Shown here: in pieces, positions 35,701 to 45,584 of the stretch
Layout of the letters: every line of letters starts with the position of its first letter
How positions within the stretch are numbered: the first letter of the stretch is position 1
Source of the DNA: Podarcis pityusensis
Lineage: Eukaryota
Assembly (NCBI GenBank): GCA_964106645.2
Contig: OZ067046.1
Direction: 5' to 3' (one strand)
DNA length: 64,000 nucleotides
The notes under the pieces: generated by a model
The model's database searches: none
Told to the model about the DNA's origin: nothing
The model's input: the letters and a program-made list of their open reading frames with translations, nothing else
Made by a program: the position numbers and the translations under genes

Positions 35701-38700
35701 AGTTCTGAGGGTGATGGTTCCTCTGGTGGTTCCTTGCACAGAATGCTGAACTTGCCATTCTCACACTGGAAAAATAAGCATAGTATGGGTTGGTCTGTAG
35801 TGGCAAGTTGCTTGAATTACTCCTCTTCCAAGCAGCAGTGAAACAGCAAAATAAGAAATATTTTGCATGTTACATTCACGTCGATTTATATGTATGTTTG
35901 GAAGTCTGGATTTCATGAGAGTTTTTACATTAGAGTAGAGCAGTTCTGAGAGACTTACGTTTTTTTATTTTTTAGGAAATGAGCACTGTTGAAGAACCCA
36001 ATGAAGAGTTCACCTCTAGACATAGCTTAGAATGGAAGTTCCTTTTCTTGGATCACAGGTGCCATTTCTTACAATGTAGTACTAAGCGGTAGCACTCTGT
36101 TACCGTTAGTGGTCACTAATCCTCATTGGCTGTTTATAGCAAGAAATGAATTTTACTTTTTACTGAATACGTTTTTATGTAATTATAAGCACAATTTTCT
36201 GTTTAAAAACTGTGACTGATTTTTTTCTATTCTGAGAAATAAAATAACGACTCTTATGTCATTATCCAGGGCACCACCAATAATAGGTTATTTACCATTT
36301 GAAGTGTTGGGGACATCAGGCTATGATTATTATCATGTTGATGACCTAGAAAACCTGGCAAAATGTCATGAACACTGTAAGTAAATGTCAAAATTTTATG
36401 TAAACCATACTAATATAGAATTGGTAACTTTTGGTGATGTATACAAACTAGTTACAGTGGTACCTCTGTTCCCAAATATCTCCATTGACGAACGTTTCAG
36501 AACCCGAACGCCGAAAACCTGGAAGTAAATGCTTCTGTTTTTGAACGTGCCTCAGAAGTTGAACAGCTTCCGCTGCATGTTTTTCCATTTTCTCAGTGCA
36601 ATTTACAGACTGCACTTTGCGCCTTGGTTTTCGAACATTTCAAAAATCGAACGGTCTTCCAGAATGGATTACGTTCAAGAACCGAAGTACCACTGTATCT
36701 ATATTTGAAAATCTTTTAACTAGGGCTGAAATACTTGTAAAATTATGTTCTAAAAAAGTTTTTAATCACAAAATAGTGCTTAAACAAAAATAGCACTTAA
36801 GTACAATTTAAATAATTGCTTAATAATAATAATAATAAATTGCACACTTAGAATTATAGCTTCCCTGTTTACTAGGCTAGGTTTTGCACACTAGTGTGGC
36901 AGGAACATTGCGCTATCTGAAGTGCGGAAAATCAATTTCAGTTGTGCATGTAACTAATAGATAAGAATAATTATTGATGACATCAGGAGCTACCATTCTG
37001 GAAGCATTCATAGTAGTTCTCGGGTTTCCTTCCATTCTCTCCTTCTATAATATGTTCCACAGCTTTTAAAAATAATTTATTTTTGTATTTGGGATATTAG
37101 AATCAAATGAAGAAAGTTTTGTGTTGGTTTAAAGAAATGATGCAAACTGTTTAAATGCACATTCTGGAAGTGGCATTTTCTGAAGCAGAACCATATTTTT
37201 ACATTGTTTTTAGTAATGCAATATGGAAAAGGGAAATCCTGCTATTACAGATTCCTCACAAAGGGTCAACAGTGGATTTGGTTGCAGACTCATTACTATA
37301 TCACTTACCATCAGTGGAATTCTAGGCCAGAGTTCATCGTATGTACACACACGGTAGTAAGGTAATAGAATTCTGCATAATTTTTATTACAGTTTTTTGC
37401 AACCGATTTTTCAGCTATATTTTAGTACTTCTCCCAGCTGACTAAGAAGTCATCAGAGTCTTCTGAGTTAGTCACAGGTAAAAGCATATTAATGCATTAA
37501 TGCATCCATGTTATTTTTCAAATGCATTTAAATAATGTATATAAAATGTTTGCTACCATTCTGTTAAGATGAACAGACATGCTAATCGCCTGAAATGTTG
37601 GGTTATTTATCGGTAGTTATGCAGAGGTTCGAGCAGAAAGGCGGCGTGAACTTGGTATTGAAGAGTCTCTACCAGAAATAGCAGCAGATAAAGTAAGTTT
37701 TCCACCATCATCTTATATTGGTTCTGTTCATTGCTATAGCTTTTAAAAATTGGCTTGTAGGGTTTGCAGTGCCCGCACTTCAGCAGGTTTTAATAATCCA
37801 CCCACCCAGAGTTATTCATTCTTTCATGTAAATTACCTAGTGATAAGGTGTTCAAAACTGCTCTTGCACAGTTTGGTTTGGATTTTTTGTTTTGCTTTTG
37901 GGTTGTCAGGGTGGTGAAAGAGACACAAACACTGATCATAGGGAGAAGTAAGATGGAAAGACGGACTGTTAAGATGTCAAACAGAGCAGGGATAAGTTAA
38001 GGGAAGGTGAAGCACATGTATAAGAAATTTGCTTTCATTGTGAAAGCCCCATGTTTGAATATTTGGTAAGATACAGTTAGTTTCTGCTAATTATATTGCT
38101 AATTATTTTGTGTGTGATGAACCAGCCAAAACATTTTTATTGTTTTAGAGTCAAGACTCTGGTTCTGAGAATCATATAAGCACAGTAAGCCTCAAAGAAG
38201 CTTTGGAGAGATTTGATCACAGCCCTACACCTTCTTCTGCCTCCAGGAGTTCAAGGAAATCTTCTCACACTGCAGTTTCAGACCCTTCTTGTGAGTGCAC
38301 AGAATCAAAACTATTCTATAGAAGGTTATTGACTTTGGGGCCTTGTGACTTTAAAATGAATGCTATTCATGATAATTGTAGCCTGATGATATTATCAGTT
38401 CTACAGAGAGAGTTGTTAATCTGGTGTGGAATATAAATCTCAATTTTTACCTAACCAATTGGAATAAAGGCTGTTTTGAATATGCAGTGCTATCATTTTA
38501 TTGTGATGAACTATTCACTTGCCTAAGTATATCTGGGCAAACTCAGAATGCTGATGATGAATAAAAGTATCCCTCTTCAATTTTATATTTGCTGGGACAT
38601 CAGCAACGCCAACAAAGATGACAATGGATACTAGCACTCCTCCAAGGCAAAATTTATCCACTCTTGAAAAGTCTGCACAAAGGAGGGCATCGCTTGGTAA

Positions 38701-41700
38701 TCAGGTAATTCTTCAGAAAATAGCAACTCATATTTATCTGTTAAGGCTTGTGAACGTTACATTTTTTTGCTTAAAATACAAACAATACATTAAATAAATA
38801 AATGCTTTCAGTTAGTCACCTAGTTTGGAAACATCCTTTTTAAAGCTTTCAGTTGACTGCTTGAGAATGTCACTGTCCTGAATGTGTCCACCATGTGCAC
38901 AGTTCTACGCTCAAGCAGTCAGCTGAGAGCTTTTCATTAAGTGTCATCTGCCTTTTTAAAAATAATGGAGATTTTTGCTATGAATCTGAATAGAAATTAG
39001 CTTTCAAATAGTGTGCATGAGCAGAACAGTCTTCCCCTTCATCTCCAGTTTACCCCCAAAATCTGCTCCAGAGGTTATGTATTATGGATTGTATTCAGTA
39101 ATGCACCAGTGTCATTCCACTGTATCAACAGAACACCCATTTCCTCACATCCTTGTGTGCCCCACAAATATGCTTCAGAAGGTCCCCCATCCCTCCGGAA
39201 CTGATTTTAAGGGTGCAAGGAGGTCCTAAAGGGGAAGAGGAAACTCTGCTGCATACACAGAACTCTCTTGTATCACCAGAGCTGCAGCTTTGGATACGTC
39301 CTCTATGTGTTTGTAAAATTTGTGTCCTTTTAAAGTACTGCTGTGTTTCATGCCTTTTGTATAAAATGTAAGCATTAGCTCAGTGGATGTGTTTGGAAAT
39401 GCTTACAAAGTCTACTTGTTCCACAAAAACAAAAGAGAATAACACTTTGAGGCTTCTGCTGTAGATTGTTAATCTTTGTCTTCCTGTTTGGGGTGTATAA
39501 CACTTGTATTTGGCTTTTTATATGTGTGTATTTTCATGTGGGCAAATCAAAGTTAAAAAATGGAAATCAGCAAGTGATGTAAGGTGGTCCAAACTCTTTC
39601 TAGCTACCCCGTTTCTTCTCAGGTGGTTAGGGAAGAAAGGAAGATTACATTTGGGCTTGTCATTTTAAAACCTCCTCCTCTATTCTGTCTGCCTCCAAAA
39701 TACATATTTGATTTGATAATTATGGTATGTATATTTCTTTTTAAATCCTAGTCTTTAAATTCACAATCTATTGGGCAACCTTTAGCACAGCCAATGATGT
39801 CCCAGCCTGCATCTTTACAGATTCAGCAAGGCATGTCTCAGGTACTAATTAAATCTGAATGTGTATCAAAGCAGTTAATTTGTATTAAAGCAAGTAATTA
39901 CATTTTGATCCTTTAATGGATCTTCGTTTGATCTAGAATTCAGTTCTTGAATTTGGGTGCATTGGAAGTAGTGTCCCCTGCTATTAACAGGTCCCATTGC
40001 CTGACTTTTGGTTCAGCAGGTCCTGTTTCCTCTTTGTCTAAGATTTCTCTAAATTGGTCAGCATCCTCAGTACTTTTTTAAAAAAGTCTTCTTTGTCAGA
40101 AATGTCAATTTATGACTTTAAGCTAAATACAGATAATTACTTCCATATGCACAGGATTGATAGATTTTTTTTGTAGTGGTTAATTACTTTTCCTATGGTA
40201 TGTTTGCTACTGATTCAAATCTTTCTTGCGTTTTTCTTAAATGTTGCCCTGTAGCCTATGCTTCAGTTTTCTGCTCAGTTAGGAGCTATGCAGCACTTAA
40301 AGGACCAATTGGAGCAAAGAACACGAATGATAGAAGCAAACATTCATCGGCAACAAGAAGAACTGCGTAAGATTCAGGAACAACTCCAAATGGTCCATGG
40401 GCAAGGACTTCAGGTTGGTTAAAGCTGATCAGATACTGACATAGCTAGTGATTCTACACTTAAAATCTCTCTCTCTCTCGTGTGTGTGTGTGTATTTGTA
40501 TGTGTGATGTACAGATTAACACTGATGTTTTGCGTGCTGGAATAAAAAATTATTGATAAAAGACACCTTCATTATTATTAATAATAAAAAAGTTGTCTAG
40601 TAGCACCTAATATACCAACTAAGTTTGTTCTGGCATAAGCTTTTGTGTGTACGCACTCTTCTTCAGATACCATTATAACTTCATTATTAAGTTATTAATT
40701 CAGGAGATTTGTACTTTGCATTTCAACTGAAGTTCTTAACGGAGCTTACAACATTAAGAAAATACAATGAGTATATTTTTATTAGCTGGTTCTATAGATA
40801 AAATATTTCCTGCAAAAGCATATCTTTAATGTTATAGAACTTAATTTGATCAGCCATTCGCTGGAATCCTAGATGTTCATATCAGTTACTAATAAGGGCC
40901 ATGTGATATAACTGCAAGTTCTGCCACTAGTAAAATAAAATACAAATACAGGTTACAGTAGTTTAGTTGTAGGTAGGGTTTCCCCCTTTACCAGATTAAC
41001 AGTATAATCTTATGCATGCTTACTCAGAAATAAGACTTGCTGAATTCAATTTTATTACTCCCAGGTAAGTGAGTATAGAATTCAGTCTAAGCCTCATATG
41101 CCCATTAGAACACTATTATTAGACAAAATAATAGTGTATATAATTTTCACCTCTAAGATAGGGAATTCATTGACCTTTAAACAAACAATGGTTTATGTGT
41201 TCTGAATGCTCACTAGTATTTTAAGCACTGGCATGTATTCTTTTTCTTCTGAAAGATGTTCTTGCAGCAGTCAACTCCTGGATTAAACTTTGGCTCTGTT
41301 CAGCTGACTCCTGGAAACCCATCAAATATTCAGCAGATTACACCAATAAATATGCAAGGTCAAGTTGTTCAAACTAATCAAATCCAAGGTGGCATGAACA
41401 CTGGGCATATTGGTGCTCAACACATGATACAGCAACAGCCTTTGCAAAGTACTACCCAACAGGTAATGCCACACTTGAAGATAATATTTAGTTATGTGCC
41501 ATTGTTTCTTAAATGCAGCCTTTGTATCTTTATGTTGCTATGAGAGAGTGCTCCTTTAGTAGATGTTATTTATTCTTCAAGCACTCACTTCTCCTAGCCT
41601 AGCCTTTGAGGGTAGGGAAGGGCTTAGAGTCAGGAAAGTGTGACTCATATGTCAAAGCCAACCTTAGGAAGTATATTGGTGGATTGAGTGGGTTGTTGCA

Positions 41701-44641
41701 AAAAAAAACAACCCTGTCCCACACTTTGTTTAATATAGGAAAGAAGCAAGACGTGACTGGGCTAGGAAGCTAGACCGTGACAACCCAGGAAGCTAGAGAG
41801 TTCAGATTATTGGTGGATCATTTTTTTGGCCATTCATAAGTGAACAATTTGTCATTGCACAAATGAAGATAGGAAGGAAATGAATGTTGAAGGGCAAACA
41901 GAATTTGCCGAGCTGTTGCCATGGTGCAAGGATTAATAGACAAATCAACATTTCCTTTTGTTGCACATAGTGCCATCTAGTGGGTGTAAAAATAAGTTGC
42001 ACCAGGAGGAAGAAGTGTCTCTCCCTAGCCCTATTTTTTCTCTTTTTGGGAAGCTGTTTCTGCCTCTATAGACAGCAATTCAGGAAGATATTTCGGCTGT
42101 GACAACCAAAATATCGGTAGACCTGATTTTTCAGAAATGGCTGAAGCATTAATTACTTAACTGGAAAAAAACCCCATCCACTCTATTAATCATGGCCTTT
42201 AAACAAATTCTAATTGGAACTGTTCCTTGTCTAAAGTGTGTTCAGTTGTAAATTCCAATCAACTTTGTCAATGGTAAGCTTCCCTAGCATAATAATTAGG
42301 CCGAAACAAAGTGAACCACGTAACTGACAGCTCGCATCCTGATTTTGATAATTGTGGGCTATCTTTTTCACTTCAAACCATGCATTTAAGATTCCTTTGT
42401 CTTGTCTGTGCATGCACATCTGTGTATGCCTACCCATTTGACTTCCTGATTGGCTGCCTGCCTGTGTTTAAGAGACAGCGGGCGTTGGGTGGCACGGGCA
42501 CACACTTCGACCACACCCACCACTGGCATCTACTGGCACAACCAGTGCCGCCCTTGGGCTGAAAAGGGTTTGGCATGCCTGCTTTAAAAAGAAGACAAAT
42601 GGGATGATTTCAAAATACCCCATGCATTGCAATTACTACATTGAAAGGAAGGCCATTCAGTCATTACATACTGTAAGATGTATCTTTTGTGAAATTTCAA
42701 ACTACCTAGAATATCATTAAATTATTTTAAAAAAACATATTCTCCATTTTAAAAAAGGAAAACGTCTTCCACTTTAACATTGGTACCTTTAGTTTCCAGT
42801 CAGGATGGTGAATCATTACAGCCTGAGGGGAGAGAGTGGATGATTTCTAGTTCTCTCGTTGCATCCTTTGAACAAACTCAAACCCTCTTTCCCAGAAAGT
42901 ATTCCTTATGGTGACCCCTTACTCCTTAATAAAAACTTCCTTTGGCTGGTAAGAAGGTAAGGAGATATTTGAGCAGGGTGTCATTTCACCTTTTTCTGGT
43001 CCCTGCACCTTCACAGGCCACAGCTCATTTATGGTCAGTGATTTCAAATACAAGGCTTGTGTTTTCTAGAGAGCTAATATAATATAGATAACGCACCACT
43101 ACAAAATGCCCCCCAAACTAGATGACATACAATTAGCAGAAGCATTAAAAAAACCCAAAAACCAGGCTGCTCAGCAATCTGCAGTTTCTTGCAGTTTGGT
43201 GGGGTTGCCTTAAATCTGTTCCGTCATGCAAAATAATCTCATTGACAACCTGTTTTCTTTGTGCAGCATAATCAACAAAATATTCTCAGTGGGCACAGTC
43301 AGCAGACTTCTCTTTCTACGCCATCTCAGAGCACACTGTCAGCCCCCTTGTATAACACTATGGTGATTTCCCAGCCGGCTACAGGGAACATGGTCCATAT
43401 CCCTTCTAATTTGCCACCAAGTAATAACCAGAATGCTGCTATTACCACATTTACCCAAGACAGACAAATCAGGTAAGTGTTAAGAGAGACAAGTGAGGCT
43501 TGCTACACTTGCTGCTGTGTAGAATGCTCCTGTTCAGTGTTCCAGCCAGCCATGCCTGCCTTCAGGCTACTCCACACTTGATGTGTTGCCCATAAAGCTG
43601 TTAAGCAAATAAAATTAGTCTGGGCACTGATGGAGAGAGGATGCTGGACTAGAGGGACTCTTGGGTTGCTGTTAGGTGTTAAATGAGATTGAAAGTACAG
43701 AAAGCACCCATCAAGCTAATTTGTGGGGTGTTGGTTAAGACTACCTGAGACAGACAACAGATCTTTCTTTTCTTTCACAGATTTCCGCAGGGACAGCAGC
43801 TTGTAACAAAGCTAGTCACTGCCCCTGTAGCTTGCGGAGCAGTTATGGTACCAAGTACTATGTTTATGGGACAGGTGGTGACTGCTTATCCTACTTTTGC
43901 TGCACAACAGCAGCAGCCACAGANNNNNNNNNNNNNNNNNNNNNNNNNNNNNNNNNNNNNNNNNNNNNNNNNNNNNNNNNNNNNNNNNNNNNNNNNNNNN
44001 NNNNNNNNNNNNNNNNNNNNNNNNNNNNNNNNNNNNNNNNNNNNNNNNNNNNNNNNNNNNNNNNNNNNNNNNNNNNNNNNNNNNNNNNNNNNNNTTCAGC
44101 AACCTGCTCAAACTCCGCTGACCCAGCACCCACAACAGTTCTTGCAGGTAAAGCCACATGTTCATTCATACATTCGACAAGCTGGCCGTATAGGACAATG
44201 CAACTTAATGAACCTATACTGAAAGGTGTTCTTCTGTAGATAGTTGATGCTATACATGTTGGGCTTTTGGAAAACACATAATTCCCTGCAGCAATGCAGG
44301 GAAGATAATATTAATTGTAAAAAATGCCAGCCTCTGTCCTAGAAAATGTGGGTTTTTAAGTCAGGCCTGGAGGGGGGGCATCCTGAATTCAGGTAAGGGT
44401 AGGGGAGAAGAGGAAATAGGTGCATTGCACTCAAAAAAGTTTTCCCACATGGCTTGCTTCAAAAAAGGGAATCAAATGGAAATGCCTCCTTTGAAAGTCC
44501 TTCTTCAAACTTCCTATACATCATTTATGGTAAGAGCTGTTTGTTTGGAAGGCTATATTTACTTCATAGCTTGTGCCAGGTATACAAGAGAACTTTATGT
44601 CTGCATACCAGATGGTCTTGGTTGGCAAGAGCCAAGGAGAA

Positions 44642-44679
<38 letters not shown>

Positions 44680-45584
44680 GGGATAGGAATCAAAAAGAAA
44701 AGGCACAAATAATGTTTTATTGAAAAAACTATAGTATTGTTTTTCAGCTGAGGGAGGGGAGATTTTAAAACCAGTTTGTGACATGGTCTGGATGTCATCT
44801 GTTTTAAGTGCCAATGGTAGGAGTTGGAAGCCAATGGCCACATTTGCACAAAACAATAAACCAGATTATTTTTCTGTTTGCCTGTTTTTAAATTTGTGTG
44901 TGTGTGTGTATGTGTTAAAAGCAGTCTGTATTGAGTGATGGAAATCAAGGACGTTGAGAGGGAATAAGTGGGAAATAGGACCAAACTGCTTATATGTTCA
45001 CCGTTCTTTTTCTCTGTGGACAGAAGAATGTCATCATAAGAACAGTAAAGACCCCTGTCAAATAACATAGTACAGTCGTACCTTGGTTTTCAAACAGCTT
45101 AGTTCTCGAACGTTTTGGCTCCCGAATGCCGCAAACCCGGAAGTGAGTGTTCTGGTTTGCAAATGTTCTTTTGGAACCTGAACTTCCAATGTGGGTTCCA
45201 CAACTTCTGATTGGCTGCAGGAGCTTCCTGCAGCCAATTGGAAGCCGCTCCTTGGTTTCTGAACATTTTGGAAGTCGAATGGACTTCTGGAACAGATTCC
45301 GTTTGACTTCCGAGGTACGACTGTAGAGTATACCAGTTACTCTCATGAGATAGGTGCCTTAATTCTCTTATTTGTGTATTTAGACCTCCAGGTTGCTTCA
45401 TGGAAATCAGTCAACTCAGCTTATTCTCTCTGCTGCTTTTCCACTACAACAAAGCACTTTTACCCAGTCACACCACCAGCAGCATCAGTCGCAACAGCAG
45501 CAGCAGCAGCAGCACCAACAGCAACAAATTTCACGACACAGAACTGACAGCATGACAGAGGTTTCCAAAATTCAGCCGCGGTAG
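26306..45584 (+). CDS. CLOCK: Circadian locomotor output cycles kaput (bHLH-PAS transcription factor), complete, 20 coding exons
   Basis: Starts [18 protein letters not shown]; b[25 protein letters not shown]; PAS-A and PAS-B; exon-19 coiled coil [41 protein letters not shown]; Q-rich tail ending [17 protein letters not shown]. Exon lengths sum to 2679 nt with consistent phases. Confidence 0.98.
26721..26792. repeat. Compound (GT)15(GA)21 microsatellite
   Basis: Seen directly. Confidence 0.97.
27266..27325 (+). CDS. CLOCK: CLOCK coding exon 2
   Basis: [20 protein letters not shown]; AG/GT-bounded. Confidence 0.95.
28585..28666. repeat. Old ~80-bp palindromic interspersed repeat (other copies near 7415, 14920, 25445, 33270, 41005, 55727)
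   Basis: Degenerate GCARTCCT...CTTAC...GTAAG...TGAA...AGRATTG pattern recurring across the window. Confidence 0.5.
29001..29149 (+). CDS. CLOCK: CLOCK coding exon 3 (bHLH)
   Basis: [49 protein letters not shown]. Confidence 0.97.
29769..29860 (+). CDS. CLOCK: CLOCK coding exon 4
   Basis: [31 protein letters not shown]. Confidence 0.97.
30776..30865 (+). CDS. CLOCK: CLOCK coding exon 5 (PAS-A)
   Basis: [30 protein letters not shown]. Confidence 0.97.
32135..32255 (+). CDS. CLOCK: CLOCK coding exon 6
   Basis: [40 protein letters not shown]. Confidence 0.97.
32510..32682 (-). mobile_element. LINE (L2-like) 3' tail remnant; a similar piece lies at about 13550-13622
   Basis: TTATTTATT...TACCGCCC...CTCAGGGCGGTTCACA stem-loop plus microsatellite tail, typical of squamate L2-type ends. 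Confidence 0.55.
33335..33367. repeat. (AAAC)n microsatellite
   Basis: Seen directly. Confidence 0.95.
33646..33759 (+). CDS. CLOCK: CLOCK coding exon 7
   Basis: [38 protein letters not shown]. Confidence 0.97.
33942..34074. mobile_element. hAT-type MITE (133 bp)
   Basis: TIR CAGGCACCCCCAAACTCGG / CCGAGTTTGGGGGTGCCTG; perfect 8-bp TSD TTCTAGTG at 33934-33941 and 34075-34082. Confidence 0.9.
35051..35169 (+). CDS. CLOCK: CLOCK coding exon 8
   Basis: [39 protein letters not shown]. Confidence 0.97.
35976..36058 (+). CDS. CLOCK: CLOCK coding exon 9 (PAS-B)
   Basis: [28 protein letters not shown]. Confidence 0.97.
36270..36376 (+). CDS. CLOCK: CLOCK coding exon 10
   Basis: [35 protein letters not shown]. 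Confidence 0.97.
36455..36695. mobile_element. Tc1/mariner (Tigger-like) MITE
   Basis: TA|CAGTGGTACCTC ... CGAAGTACCACTG|TA. Confidence 0.8.
37214..37361 (+). CDS. CLOCK: CLOCK coding exon 11
   Basis: [50 protein letters not shown]. Confidence 0.97.
37617..37692 (+). CDS. CLOCK: CLOCK coding exon 12
   Basis: [25 protein letters not shown]. Confidence 0.95.
38149..38290 (+). CDS. CLOCK: CLOCK coding exon 13
   Basis: [47 protein letters not shown]. Confidence 0.96.
38604..38704 (+). CDS. CLOCK: CLOCK coding exon 14
   Basis: [34 protein letters not shown]. Confidence 0.93.
39752..39841 (+). CDS. CLOCK: CLOCK coding exon 15 (mouse exon 18 equivalent)
   Basis: [30 protein letters not shown]; 90 nt, phase 0-0. 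Confidence 0.92.
40255..40413 (+). CDS. CLOCK: CLOCK coding exon 16 (mouse exon 19 equivalent, coiled coil)
   Basis: [53 protein letters not shown]; 159 nt, phase 0-0; donor CAG|gttggt. Confidence 0.95.
41256..41462 (+). CDS. CLOCK: CLOCK coding exon 17
   Basis: [17 protein letters not shown]...[11 protein letters not shown]. Confidence 0.95.
41970..41983 (-). promoter_or_regulatory. Candidate CTCF site
   Basis: Minus strand CCACTAGATGGCAC matches the CTCF core. Confidence 0.5.
43267..43472 (+). CDS. CLOCK: CLOCK coding exon 18
   Basis: [16 protein letters not shown]...[12 protein letters not shown]...[10 protein letters not shown]. Confidence 0.95.
43781..44147 (+). CDS. CLOCK: CLOCK coding exon 19 (polyQ exon, contains assembly gap)
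   Basis: [47 protein letters not shown]-[gap][17 protein letters not shown]. Confidence 0.92.
43924..44094. other. Assembly gap (171 N) over the CLOCK polyQ tract
   Basis: Run of N flanked by CAG-rich codons. Confidence 0.99.
44645..44673. repeat. (CTGT)n microsatellite
   Basis: Seen directly. Confidence 0.9.
45073..45323. mobile_element. Tc1/mariner (Tigger-like) MITE, related to the 36455 copy
   Basis: TA|CAGTCGTACCTTGG ... CCGAGGTACGACTG|TA; internal palindrome ATTGGCTGCAGGA-GCT-TCCTGCAGCCAAT. Confidence 0.85.
45384..45584 (+). CDS. CLOCK: CLOCK terminal coding exon
   Basis: [66 protein letters not shown]. Confidence 0.96.
   Translation, partial: TSRLLHGNQSTQLILSAAFPLQQSTFTQSHHQQHQSQQQQQQQHQQQQISRHRTDSMTEVSKIQPR

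Noticed and set aside
43812-44277. Long ORFs on both strands across the N run
   Set aside because: Artefacts of N translating without stops; only the CLOCK frame is supported.
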